DNA from: Eledone cirrhosa
Lineage: Eukaryota
Reading direction: 5' to 3'
DNA length: 64,000 nucleotides
Assembly (NCBI GenBank): GCA_964016885.1
Contig: CAXHJY010000746.1
Span: 248,001-312,000 of the forward strand
The notes beneath the pieces were generated by a model, which searched no databases, was not told the origin of the DNA, and saw only the letters and a list, made by a program, of their open reading frames with translations. A program made the position numbers and the translations under genes. Of this stretch, positions 50,646-64,000 are shown one piece after another. Position 1 is the stretch's first letter. Every line of letters starts with the position of its first letter.

Positions 50646-53600
50646 GACTCTCCTAATCCATGTATATATCTTTTTATCATTATCTTTTTCTCAAATATCC
50701 ACACATGGCGACACACATGCAAATATTATGCATGGATATGTTAACTGGTAGCTGGAGAGAGAATAATATAGATGATAAAAGTCTATCTTCAGCAACAAGT
50801 GCTATATTGTCTCCCATGTTGAAAGATATTATTTTACAAGATAAGAACTTGAAACTAAGACTAACTGATGTATAGAATAGAATAGAAAGACCTAGATGTG
50901 AAAAGAAGTGGAAATTGTGCAGATTGAAGATTGAAGATGTGACCGATGTGAAGAAACTGGAAAGATGTGTCGAAAAGAGTGAAGAATGCATTCCGTAGGA
51001 AAGACATCCCCGAGAGTGAACATTTGAAGCTAGAGCAAGGTTTTAAGAGTTAGAAAGAGTAGTTGTTGATTGTTCCTGTGAAAAGCAACGAAGTGCAAGC
51101 ATAACAGACGAGACAAGAATGCAGACCCAGCAGTCGGAGTTAAGCAGTGAAGCAGATGCCAATATAATATTAAATATTAGAGAATCAGTTTGTTCTTATT
51201 TCATGTTTTATTGCGAAATGGTATTGTTGAAAGCTAAAGACAATATAGCGTTTGTTGAATATGATGTATACTTTCTATGCAGAAATAAGGAAACATTTGC
51301 ACAGTCATCTTCATAATCATATGTTCGCTTTCAAGTGTGGGACATGTACTATTGAGCACCGCCTCTCCACTTATACCGGTCGTTGGTCACCTCGTTGGTG
51401 ATCGTTAGCGATTTGAGGTCTGCTCTCACCACCCGTCTATGTTTTTCCTAGTCTTCCTTCTACTGGAATTACTTGGCACATGTTTACCCAGCAAACCATC
51501 TTATTCTTCTCTCCTGCACATAACTCATACCCATTTTCTCTCTCAACTCATCTCTGCTTGATGGTTGACGAACATCTAACGGAGCATGCTTCCTTCATTT
51601 CTTTGCCAGCCTTGGCATATTCTCTGCAATTGCTGGCCATGTCTCACTTCTTCCAACCCATCTTTATTGTAGATATTATGGCCTCGTAGTAGCCTCCTCT
51701 CTTTCTAATCTGCTCATCTGTATAGAACCCACCTTCATTTGAAAACTGTTTCTATCACTGTCACTTCTACTGTGAAATTTCTCTGTACATGTAGTTTTCA
51801 CTACCTGTTTGCTTGCTATCCCACTACATATGTGAGTACCCCAGATGTGCATTGCGTATATTTTATAGAATTTATCCCAACTCCTTTTCAACATAGGGAG
51901 CATGTCCTCTTGCTTCCAACTACTGTTTCCATAGACAGCATTTCTTCTTTAGCTTGTTTACTGATTCTGCTATAAGAACCAGATCGTCATGGACAGCTAG
52001 TTTTAAACTCATCTGTTACTGACAGCACCTCTGTACAAAGCCTGCACTGCCCTCACAAGACATTCCCCAACACCTAGTTTGGTTAGGCACCACCAGATGA
52101 CAGATCATGGTACCCTACCAAAGGAGTTGTCTGTCAACAAAATTAATTGCTAAGATGGATTACATTGCCACCGGTTATATTTTATATATTTCCTAAGACT
52201 CGTTTGATTAAAAAGCTTAATTTTTATTTCTTTTTACTATTAGTTGTAGCTCTTATAAGTTTAGCTCGATTGCCAGCGTTGAAATAGTTGCGCTTTAGTT
52301 GTGATGTAGGTGTTGCAAGTTCCGGCTGTAAGTCGGGGGTGTAGTATATTGTGATGTATGTGTACATATGTCTGTGTATGTATACACGTACACATGTGTG
52401 TAGTGTTTTTGTGTTTATACGTCTACAAATGTATATGCAACATTTCAATTAGCAAAGGGAGATTACTCTTTGATTTTTTAATAAAAATAAGAGTTGTTTC
52501 CCCTGTTAGCAGGAAATTTAGTTGTTTGATAAAACTGAATTGTGAAGGCTGGTTGTCTCGGTCAGTGCTAAGTGTCTGCTGAAGACTAGACATCTAAATT
52601 ACGATATATAAGTACACACATGCATGCATGGATATGTTGCCAAGGAGCTGTCGAGTGATTATAATGTAGATAAGCAAAATATATGAACACTCGCTATATT
52701 ATCTCGCACTTTTATGGATATGTTTTTGCAATATAAGAATAGGAAACGAAAATCTAATTCACTGAATACAATATGATGCAGGCAAAAGATGTTGAAATTG
52801 TGCCGAATTAAGATTGAAAATTTGACCGATGTGGAGCAGCTGTGGAAAATGTGCATGATGTAGTGAAGAATGCAGTGGGTAGAAAAGACATCCCCGAGAA
52901 TAAACAAGAGTAATTGGTGATTGTTGCAGTGAAAATCAATGAAGTACAAGCATAACAGACGAGAGAGAAGAATGCAGGCCCAGCAGTTGGAGTTCGCTGC
53001 CAAGCAGATGCCAATAGAATATAAAATATTATGGAATCGGATAGTTTATTGATTCCCTGTTTTATTGCAAAAGCGAATCCTTTAAAGTGCGAGACTATAG
53101 TGTTTGTCGTTGATGTATTTTTATCTATATTACTCTGCGTAAATACTGAATTTATGAGATGCCCGACCCTACATAAGCCCACAAACAGACATTCAACAGT
53201 AAATATTTAATTGTCCTTTGTTTAAAAAGAAATTTTTTTTTCTTAATATAATTGTTTATCTGCTGGATTGGTCATTGACCATTTTAGTAGGAGAGGGGAT
53301 TTTGTTAGTGGTGCGTTACCTTCGCTGACTTAACTCTGAGAAAGAAAAGCAATTATATTTTTCTTTAACTGTATTTAGCCACTGAACAATGGGTGTAGCT
53401 CCTTGGAGCAATCCAAGCAGTAACTCGAAGAACCATCGGGTGTAATGACTTTGGCTTTAGTGTTCGTGTAGAGCAGTGATACTTTTGTATTCCACAAAAA
53501 TCTTGATCAGGCAGTGACGATAGTCAGAATTATAGGCAATTTGCTTTAGCTCCCTCAAATATCTTCTTCAGCATCAGGATGTGACCGTTGGTTGATCTCT

Positions 53601-56600
53601 ATCTGTGAAGCTGTTCTGGTTGTTTGAGCTTTTTGTCCATGCAGGGCTGGATTCTCTTTAGAATCATCCTGTTGAGGGTCTTTGCCACAAGTGAGGTCCC
53701 CCTGTAGTTGTTTCTGTTAGAGAGATCTGCCTTCTTTGGCAGTGGCACGAAGTTATAGATCGTCCACTTGTTCAGGCAACTCGTTTCTCCAGTCCCTTTT
53801 TACAGATCTCCAAGATATGAAAATCACAACTCTACATGACCTGATGCCACTCGATTTTCTCCATGGGCCTTGCCCTCCTTTATCTTCTTTTTTTGCTCTC
53901 TGAAGCTCCTCTCTGGCAAAGGGTCCTGTCTCAATATCCAGTTATTGTAACAGCCACCTGATCTGCCCAGTGTTCTTGTCTGTGGAGGGCATCTCATAGT
54001 TGTGTTCTAAAATGGTTCAGCCATTTCCTTTTTCCTATCCTCTGGATCTGTTTCCTTGATCTGACCTTTCCTCCATGTGATCTCGTTGATCATCCAACTG
54101 TCAACCGTTCTCTTAACACTTTAGTGCCTCCTCTCTGGCGTCAGTGTAAGCGGTACAGAGTGCTTCCCTCATCACCTCCACTGTATATCCTCTCCATAGG
54201 ATCAGCACAGAATTGGTCCTTGGCAGGCTGCACACACCTTTGGGTCTGCAGAACTGACATGCTTCCTCTTCTTTCTCCTCAGCATCAGTGTCTCACTTGC
54301 TTCTGCTACTGCATTGTTCAAGTAGCCGTACCTCTTTGTTAAACTCTCCACACAGAGCACTGAACCTGTTGCTCACTTCTCCTGTGAACCTCTTCTGTAG
54401 CTTATGTTCCTTGAACGTTCCCCAGTCATAGATTATACTGTTGGTGTAGCCTTGCTCTTTCTTAAGCTCACTCGGACCTCACTCATAACAAGCATGTGTC
54501 CACTGTCACAGTGTACTGAAATAGTTGTATGGTTCTGTGTTGAGAACACTATTGCGCTGCTTTTTCCTCACCAGAAAGAAATCAATCTAGGTCTTGGTCC
54601 ACATCTTTTCTGGATTCTCCCTTAACGTTAGGTTGGTTGCCATCAAGTTTGCACTGGCAGGACACGGACCTGCATGCTAAATTACTCGCTCTAGTCATTG
54701 ATAACCCTAACTTTGCTGATTGTTTCTTTATACATGGCTTGGTACAGCCCTCATAAGCTATTCATCTACTTCAAATTTTCTAAGAGCTCACCAGATTATA
54801 GTATGGTGGACTCTGTCGAAGGCCTTTTCCATTTCGACAAATGCCAGGTAGAGTTGCTTACTTTTAGCTAGGTACTTTTCCTGTAACTGCGTCACAAAAG
54901 TGAGGACATGAGTGGTGCCTTTTCCTGGTACAAAGCACAATTGCATATCATGTAGTTTCACCGTGTTCCTAATCAACTGTGCTCTAACTCTGTTACTTTC
55001 ATGACCTGGTCCATCAGCTTTATACCTCTATAGTTTCCTCTATCTAGTGCATCACCTTTACCTTTGTATCAGTTGACCATGATGCTGCTGCACGAATCGT
55101 TTGGTACGACGCCCTTTAGTATTATCTAGTTAACAATACGTGTGGTTATGGTCTGATCTACCGACCCAGATGCCTTGAGCATCTCGGCAGCTATACCCGA
55201 TGGACCGGTTGCCTTCCCCGTCTTCATATCTATGATTGCCATACTACATTGCTGCTGACTTGTTCTGCTAGCCCCTCTATAGGGTTCACTTTGGGTATGG
55301 TATCTTTTTCCCATACATTCTCCTCATTTAGCAATCTTTCATACTGGCTCTTCCACGCATCTTCTCAGCACTTGTGAGTGCAAGCTGACCTTTATCATTC
55401 TGGATACACTTTTGTCCAATGACATCACAATTCTCTCTGGAACACCTGTTTCTTTTCCTCGTGTTGCAAAACATGCTTGAATTTCCTATCCTCTACCTTC
55501 CTTCTAGCTAAGTATACTTGTCGCCTAGCTTTGCTCCTGGTCTCTCTGTAATGTGCCCTGTTTTTCCATTCTTTCCATGCCTGTCTCTTAGCCTTAACTG
55601 CCTCATCTACCATATTGTTCTACCACCAAGTCACTCTCCTCATCCATGTATATATCTTTTTATCATCTTTTTCTCAAATATCCACACATAACGACACACA
55701 GGCAAATATTATGCATGGATATGTTAACTGGTAGCTGGAGAGAGAATAATATAGTCTATCTTCAGCAACAAGTGCTATATTGTCTCCCATGTTGAAAGAT
55801 ATTATTTTACAATATAAGAACTTGAAACTAAGACTAACTGATGTATAGAATAGAAAGACCTAGATGTGAAAAGAAGTGGAAATTGTGCAGATTGAAGATT
55901 GAAGATTTGACCGATGTGAAGAAACTGGAAAGATGTGTCGAAAAGAGTGAAGAATGCAGTCCGTAGGAAAGACATCCCCGAGAGTGAACATTTGAAGCTA
56001 GAGCAAGGTTTTAAGAGTTAGAAAGAGTAGTTGTTGATTGTTCCTGTGAAAAGCAACGAAGTGCAAGCATAACAGACGAGACAAGAATGCAGGCCCAGCA
56101 GTCGGAGTTAAGCAGCGAAGCAGATGCCAATATATTATTAAATATTAGAGAATCAGTTTGTTCTTATTTCATATTTTATTGCGAAATGGTATTGTTGAAA
56201 GCTAAAGACAATATAGTGTTTGTTGAAGATGATCTACTTTGTTTATGTATATTACTTTTTATGCAGAAATAAGGAATCATTTGCACAGTCATCATCATCA
56301 TACGTTCGCTTTCAAGTGTGGGACATGTACTATTGGGCACCGCCTCTCTCGGCTTATACTGGTCGTTGGTCACCACGTTGGTGATCGTTAGACGGGGGTG
56401 GTGAGAGCAGACCTCAAATCGCTATGTTTTTCCTAGTCTTCCTTTACTGCGTCTTCCTTCTACTGGCATTTCTTGGCACATGTTTCCCCAGCAAACCATC
56501 TTATTCTTCTCTCCAGCACTCCACAACTCATACCCATTTTCTCTCTCAACTCATCTCTGCTCGATGGTTGACGAACATCTAACGGAGCATGCTTCCTTCA

Positions 56601-57197
56601 TTTCTTTGCCAGCCTTGGCATATTCTCTGCAATTGCTGGCCATGTCTCACTTCTTCCAACCCATCTTTATTGTAGATACTGTGGCCTCGTAGTAGACTCC
56701 TCTCTTTCTAATCTGCTCATCTATGTAGCGGAAGGTACGAACCACTTGTATAGAACCCACCTTCATTTGAAAACTGTTTCTATCACTGGTACTTCTACTG
56801 TGAAATTTCTCTGTACAGGTAGTTTTAACTACCTGTTTGCTTGCTATCCCACTACATATGTTGAGTACCCCAGATGTGCATTGCGTATATTTTATAGAAT
56901 TTATCTGGCTGTCCATGACGATCTGGTTCTTATAGCAGTTTTAAACGCATCTGTTACTGACAGCACCTCTGTACAAAGCCTGCACTGCCCTCACAAGACA
57001 TTCCCCAACACCTAGTTTGGTTAGGCACCACCAGATGACAGATCATGGTACCCTACCAAAGGACTTGTCTGTCAACAAAATTAATTTAATTGCTAAGATG
57101 GATTACATTGCCACCTGTTATATTTTATATATTTCCTAAGACTCTTTTGATTAAAAAGCTTAATTTTTATTTTTACTGACATTATTAGTTGTAGCTA

Positions 57198-57383
57198 GGC
57201 GGTGGGTTGGCAGTATCGGTGGAGGGTTGGACGCCATGCTTTGACGCAAAGAATTACGTCCCTTTACGATCCGAGTCCAAATCCCGTCGAGGTTAACTTT
57301 GCCTTTCATCCTTACGGGGTGGATAAAATAAAGTACCAGTAATGTACTGGCTAATTGCTGGCCTTGTGCCAAAAGTAGAAACA
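57198..57383 (+). mobile_element. SINE family A inserted into one array unit, 17-bp TSD
   Basis: TSD ATTATTAGTTGTAGCTA at 57181-57197 and 57384-57400. The paralogous sites at ~52240 and ~61425 are empty. Confidence 0.9.
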
Positions 57384-60300
57384 ATTATTAGTTGTAGCTA
57401 TAAGTTTAGCTAGATTGCCAGCGTTGAAATAGTATATGTCTATGTATGTATACACGTACACATGTTATTATGTATAGTGTTTTTGTGTTTATACGTCTAC
57501 AAATGTTTATGCCATATTTCAATTAGGAAAGGGAGTTTACTCTTGGATATTTTAATAAAATTACGAGTTGTTTCCCCTCTTAGCAGGAAATTTAGTTATT
57601 TGATAAAACTCAATTGTCAAGGCTGGTTGTCTCGGTCAGTGCTAAGTGTCTGGTGATTGTTGCAGTGAAAATCAATGAAGTACAAGCATAACAGACGAGA
57701 GAGAAGAATGCAGGCCCAGCAGTTTGAGTTCGCTGCCAAGCAGATGCCAATATAATATAAAATATTATTGAATCGGATAGTTTATTGATTCCCTGTTTTA
57801 TTGCAAAAGCGAATTCTTTAAAGTGCGAGACTATAGTGTTTGTCGTTGATGTATTTTTATCTATATTACTCTGCGTAAATACTGAATTTATGAGATGCCC
57901 GACCCTACATAAGCCCACAAACAGGCCTTCAACAGTAAAAATTGTCCTTTGTTAAAAAGAAATTTTTTCTTAATATAATTACGTTTATCTGCTGGATTGG
58001 TTATTGACCATTTTTGTAGGAGGGGATTTTGTTAGTGGTGCGTTACCTTCGCTGACTTACTCTGAGAAAGAAAAGCAATTATATTTTTCTTTAACTGTAT
58101 TTAGCCACTGAACAATGGGTGTAGCTCCTTGGAGCACTCGAGTGTAATGACTTTGGCTTTAGTGTTCGTGTAGAGCAGTGATACTTTTGTATTCCACAAA
58201 AATCTTGATCAGGCAGTGACGATAGTCAGAATTATAGGCAATTTGCTTTAGCTCCCTCAAATATCTTCATCAGGATGTGACCGTTGGTTGATCTTTATCT
58301 CTGAAGCTGTTGTGGTTGTTTGAGCTTTTTGTCCATGTAGGGCTGGATTCTCTTAAGAATCACACCCTGTTGAGGGTCTTTGCCACAAGTGAGGTCCCCC
58401 TGTAGTTGGTGTTAGAGAGATCTGCCTTCTTTGGCAGTGGCACGAAGTTACTGATCGTCCACTGGTTCAGGGCAACTCGTTTCTCCAGAACTGAAAATCA
58501 CAACTCTACATGACCTGTAGCCACTCGATTTTCTCCATGGGCCTTGCCCTCCTTTATCTTTTTTTGCTCTCTGAAGCTCCTCTGGCAAAGGGTCCTGTCT
58601 CAATATGCAGTTTTTGTAACGGCCACCTGATCTGCCCAGTGTTCTTGGCTGTGGAGGGCATTTCATAGTTGTCTACTAAAATGGTCTAGACTATAATCTG
58701 ACATCCGGTTTTAAATTCTTGTTATTGCCTGCAGGACTATGATAAAAAGGAGAGGGCTAAGAACAGCCCTGGTGTACACCGACCTGCATGCTAAATTCCT
58801 TGCTCTAGTCATTGATAACTGCTGATTGTTTCTTTATACATGGCTTGTACAGCCCTCATAAGCTATTCATCTACTTCAAATTTTCTAAGAGCCCACCAGA
58901 TTATAGCATGGTGGACTCTGTCGAAGGCTTTTTCCATTTCGACAAATGCCAGGTAGAGCGGCTTACTTTTAGCTAGGTACTTTTCCTGTAACTGCCTCAC
59001 AAAGGTGAGGACATGGATGGTGCCTTTTCCTGGTACAAAGCCCAATTGCATATCATGTAGTTTCACCCTGTTCCTAATCAACTGTGCTCTAACTCTTTGT
59101 TACTTTCATGACCTGGTCCATCAGCTTTATACCTCTAGTTTCCTCTATCTAGTGCATCACTTTTACCTTTGTATCAGTTGACCATGATGCTGCTGCAAGA
59201 ATCGTTTGGTACGACGCCCTTTAGTATTACCTAGTTAACAATACGTGTGGTTATGGTCTGATCTACCGACCCAGATGCCTTGAGCATCTCGGCAGCTATA
59301 CCCGATAGACCGGTTGCCTTCCCCGTCTTCATATCTTTGATTGCCATACTACATTGCTGCTGACTTGTTCTGCTAGCCCCTCTATAGGGTTCACTTTGGG
59401 TATGGTATCTTTTTCCCATACATTCTCCTCATTTAGTAATATTTCATACTGGCTCTTCCACGCATCTTCTCAGCACTTGTGAGTGCAAGCTGACTTTTAT
59501 CATTCTGGATACACTTTTGTCCAATGACATCACAATTCTCTCTGAAACACTGCTTCGTAATCTGGAACAACTGTTTCTGTTCCTCGTGTTGCAAAAGATG
59601 TTTGAAATTCCTATCTTCTACCTCCCTTCTAGCTAAGTATACTTGTCGCATAGCTTCGCTCCTGGTCTCTATGTAATGTGCCCTGTTTTTCCATTCTTTC
59701 CATGCCTGTCTCTTAGCCTTAATTGCCTCATCTACCATATTGTTCTACCACCAAGTCACTCTCCTCATCCATGTATATATCTTTTTATCATCTTTTTCTC
59801 AAATATACACACATGACGACACACATGCAAATATTATGCATGGATATGTTAACTGGTAGCTGGGGAGAGAATAATATAGATGATAAAAGTCTATCTTCAG
59901 CAACAAGTGCTATATTGTCTCCCATGTTGAAAGATATTATTTTACAATATAAGAACTTGAAACTAAGACTAACTGATGTATAGAATAGAAAGACCTAGAT
60001 GTGAAAAGTGGAAATTGTGCAGATTGAAGATTGAAGATTTGACCGATGTGAAGAAACTGGAAAGATGTGTCGAAAAGAGTGAAGAATGCAGTCCATAGGA
60101 AAGACATCCCCGAGAGCTAGAGCAAGGTTTTAAGAGTTAGAAAGAGTAGTTGTTGATTGTTCCTGTGAAAAGCAACGAAGTGCAAGCATAACAGACGAGA
60201 CAAGAAGGCAGGCCCACCAGTCGGAGTTAAGCAGCGAAGCAGATGCCAATATAATAAATATTAGAGAATCAGTTTGTTCTTATTTCATATTTTATTGCGA

Positions 60301-62571
60301 AATGGTATTGTTGAAAGCTAAAGACAATATAGTGTTTGTTGAATATGATGTATACTTTCTATGCAGAAATAAGGAAACATTTGCACAGTCATCATCATCA
60401 TCATCATCATCATACGTTCGCTTTCAAGTGTGGGACATGTACTATTGGGCACCGCCTCTCTCGGCTTATACTGGTCGTTGGTCACCTCGCTGGTGATCGT
60501 TAGCGATTTGAGGTCTTCTCTCACCACCCCCGTCTATGTTTTTCCTAGTCTTCCTCTACTGCGTCTTCCTTCTACTGGAATTTCTTGGCACATGTTTCCC
60601 CAGCAAACCATCTTATTCTTCTCTCCAGCACTCCACAACTCATACTCATTTTCTCTCTCAACTCATCTCTGCTTGATGGTTGACGAACATCTAACGGAGC
60701 ATGCTTCCTTCATTTCTTTGCCAGCCTTGGCATATTCTCTGCCAGCCTTGGCATATTCTCTGCAATTGCTGGCCATGTCTCACTTCTTCCAACCCATCTT
60801 TATTGTAGATACTGTGGCCTCGTAGTAGACTCCTCTCTTTCTAATCTGCTCATCTATGTAGCGGAAGGTACGAACCACTTGTATAGAACCCACCTTCATT
60901 TGAAAACTGTTTCTATCACTGGTACTTCTACTGTGAAATTTCTCTGTACAGGTAGTTTTAACTACCTGTTTGCTTGCTATCCCACTACATATGTTGTGTA
61001 CCCCAGATGTGCATTGCGTACATTTTATAAAATTTATCCCAACTCCTTTTCAACATAGTGAGCATGTCCTCTTTTCTGTTTTTATTGTGTCCTCTTGCTT
61101 TCAACTACTGTTTCCATAGACAGCATTTCTTCTTTAGCTTCTTTACTGATTCTGCTATAAGAACCAGATCGTCATGGACAGCCAGTTTTAAACGCATCTG
61201 TTACTGACAGCACCTCTACAAAGCGTACACTGCCCTCACAAGACATTCATCAACACCTAGTTTGGTTAGGCACCACCAGATGACAGATCATGGTACCCTA
61301 CCAAAGGAGTTGTCTGTCAACAAAATTAATTGCTAAGATGGATTACATTGCCACCGGTTATATTTTATATATTTCCTAAGACTCGTTTGATTAAAAAGCT
61401 TAATTTATATTTTTTGACTCTGACATTATTAGTTGTAGCTCTGATAAGTTTAGCTAGATTGCCAGCGTTGAAATAGTTACGCTTTAGTTGCGATGTAGGT
61501 GTTGCAAGTTCCGGCTGTAAGTCGTGGGGGTGTAGTATATTGTCATGTATGTGTACATATGTCTGTGTATGTATACACGTACACATGTGTATAGTGTTTT
61601 TGTGTTTATACGTCTACAAATGTATATGCAATATTTCAATTAGCAAAGGGAGTTTACTCTTGGATATTTTAATAAAATTACGAGTTGTTTCCCCTCTTAT
61701 CAGGAAATTTAGTTTGATAAAACTGAATTGTGAAGGCTGGTTGTCTCGGTCAGTGCTAAGCGTCTGTTGAAGAGTAGACATCGAAATTACGACATACAAG
61801 TACACACATGCATGCATGGATATGTTGTCAAGTAGCTGGCGTGTGAGAATAATGTAGATAATCAAAATATATGAACACTCGCTATATTATCTCGCACTTT
61901 TATGGATATGTTTTTGCAATATAAGAATAGGAAACGAAGAAAAACTAATTGACTGAATACTGTGTGATGCAGGCAAAAGATGTTGAAATTGTGCCGAATT
62001 AAGATTGAAAATTTGACCGATGTGGAGCAGCTGTGGAAAATGTGCATGATGTAGTGAAGAATGCAGTGGGTAGAAAAGACATCCCCGAAAATAAACATAA
62101 AAATAGTAGTTGCGGATTGTTCCAGTGAAAATCAATGAAGAGCAAGCATAACAGACGAGAAGAATGCAGGCCCAGCAGATGCCAATAGAATATAAAATAT
62201 TATGGAATCAGATAGTTTATCGATTCCCTGTTTTATTACAAAAGCGAATTGTTGAAAGTGCGAGACAATATAGTGTTTGTTGGTGATGATAATATACTTT
62301 ATGTCTTAGTCTCTATTCATAAATAATGAAAAATGTGCACATAGTCGACCCTGACTATACGTTGATATTAGTTGTGAAGCTTTGCTTGTTTAAAACAGAC
62401 GACCATCTTTTATTAAATATATTATCATTGGATAAGATGTGCTTCTAAACACTACATGTAAACATGTAGAACAAAGACAGTCACAAAGACGTTCAACACT
62501 AAATTTTAAAAACAAATGGTTATTTAATTTCTATAATTAATTGATAATCGGTGGCCATGTAATCCATCTTA

Positions 62572-63193
62572 TCTATATATAAAACTGAAGATGTCCGAGT
62601 TCGAATCGCTAAAGCTCGAGAACCACCCAACGGACTGTTTTCAAACTTTACACATGTAATACTTATGTTTGAGAGATTGTTCTGATCACCCCCAAAAGAT
62701 TTCAACTTTTCTAAGCCCACAGGGACGACATTAGGCGGTGTAGCGATCTCTATAATTCTTAGTCTCTTTTTCGATAGACGTACTTATAACGTCGCGCCCT
62801 TATTATATCTGTATGTCTGATTATCTGCATTACGTCACTTCATTGAGGGTGTGTGTGTGTTTGAATCCCTTAAACTCGAAGTACCCAACCGATTTTTCTT
62901 CAAACTTTAAATGCGTATTACTTAGGTTTCAGGTAGTGTTATGCACATTAAAAATTTCAATTTTTTTTATCTCGTGGGGCCCGCATTAGATGAAAAACTT
63001 TATTTTTTTTTATCTTAGGACTTTTTGTAGCCGTTACGTCCAGCCGATTTTGGCTAAATTTCAAGGCATATTATGGTCATAAAAAGAAAATCATCTTGAT
63101 CCCCTAGGGCCCGCATTAGGTGAAAACCTGCCTTTTTCCCATCAGAGTATTCCAAAATACTTTATATGGTGCAACGCTGGGTACCACTGCTAG
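62572..63193 (+). mobile_element. Complete non-autonomous Helitron (~620 bp)
   Basis: A|TCTATATATAAAAACTGAAGATGTCC ... GTGCAACGCTGGGTACCACTGCTAG|T. It has a 5' TC and a 3' CTAG, sits between A and T, and has no TSD. Confidence 0.8.
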
Positions 63194-64000
63194 TATATTA
63201 TAGATTTCACGAAACTCGTTTATTTAAATCTTTTTTACCATAATGCCATTTCGACTATAGATCTGATAAGTTGAGCTAGATTGCCAGCGTCGAAATAGTT
63301 TCGCTTTAGTTAGGATGTAGGTGTTGAAAGGGCCGGATGTGAGCCTTGGGTGTAGTCTATTTTCACACATTCGTAGATATATACATGTATGTATATATAT
63401 CTAAACACGTGTATGAAAGTATGTACACGACTTTATGTATGTAACCCTGTAACATTGAGCTTTCCGATAACCCTTTGTAAATATGCAATGTCGGTTTGAT
63501 AAGCACGACAAAGAATTGAAGATACTAGGCAGATTAACATGTTAGTTGAACGACCGTTGACTTGAATTGCGCGTGAAAATACGTGGGTGCAGTTGGTGGG
63601 GCTGATGCTTTTAAGTTTGTTTTTGTCTTGTTGAATAATCATGGCGTGCTACTTTGTAGTACTTGTATTGCAGGCCGTTGTTCCGGTGGTTAAGGTAAGT
63701 GGCGATGTTATTACTGTTTGGGTATTTTAAGTTTTCGTCTAGTTGGTTTGGGGTGGCGGTCGGATTGGTTTCAGATTAACGGTCTGTGTCTGGTTTACAG
63801 TTGTGATTAGTTTGTGTAAGAAGCGAAGAATGCCGCGATATATATTTATATTTTTAGAAAGGGAGAAACTGTATCTTAATCATTTTATCTGTAGAAACGT
63901 AAATTGCGAGATAGATTTTATTAAGGGGAAAGTTTTTGAGATAGGACAGTTAATAATTAAGTTATCTCTGTTATCATTTTGACGCATTTCTATTTCGAAC

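Larger units (their letters stand above)
46930..62350. repeat. Tandem array of three full and one partial composite units (4.2-5.1 kb)
   Basis: Marker AATGCAGGCCCAGCAG at 47822, 52971, 57707 and 62163. Marker GATTACATTGCCACC at 52158, 57101 and 61341. The same ORF fragments recur in each unit. Confidence 0.92.

Noticed and set aside
63433-63982. Short ORFs at the window end as a gene
   Set aside because: No recognisable motifs or convincing splice signals.

Overview
Eukaryotic, gene-poor, AT-rich DNA with very dense microsatellites. The SINE/LINE spectrum and (TA)n/(CA)n load suggest an octopod cephalopod (inference). One host gene is well supported: a six-coding-exon sphingosine kinase (SphK2-like) on the + strand (1863-22653, about 890 aa, all GT-AG junctions phase-compatible). 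It has a low-complexity-split N-terminal PH-like region, an AGDG variant of the SGDG motif and a long central insert. The rest is mostly decayed mobile DNA: R4/Dong-, CRE-, L1/Tx1- and RTE-clade LINE fragments; Helitron, Merlin, Tc1/mariner, pogo and piggyBac-like elements; two tRNA-derived SINE families; minisatellites; and a roughly 15-kb tandem array of 4.2-5.1-kb composite units at about 46.9-62.3 kb. The least expected signal is a set of Penelope-type minimal hammerhead-ribozyme motifs. Three lie on the sense strand of SphK intron 1, and others sit inside long palindromes. No prokaryotic system or CRISPR array is present. All calls were made by eye and need computational confirmation.
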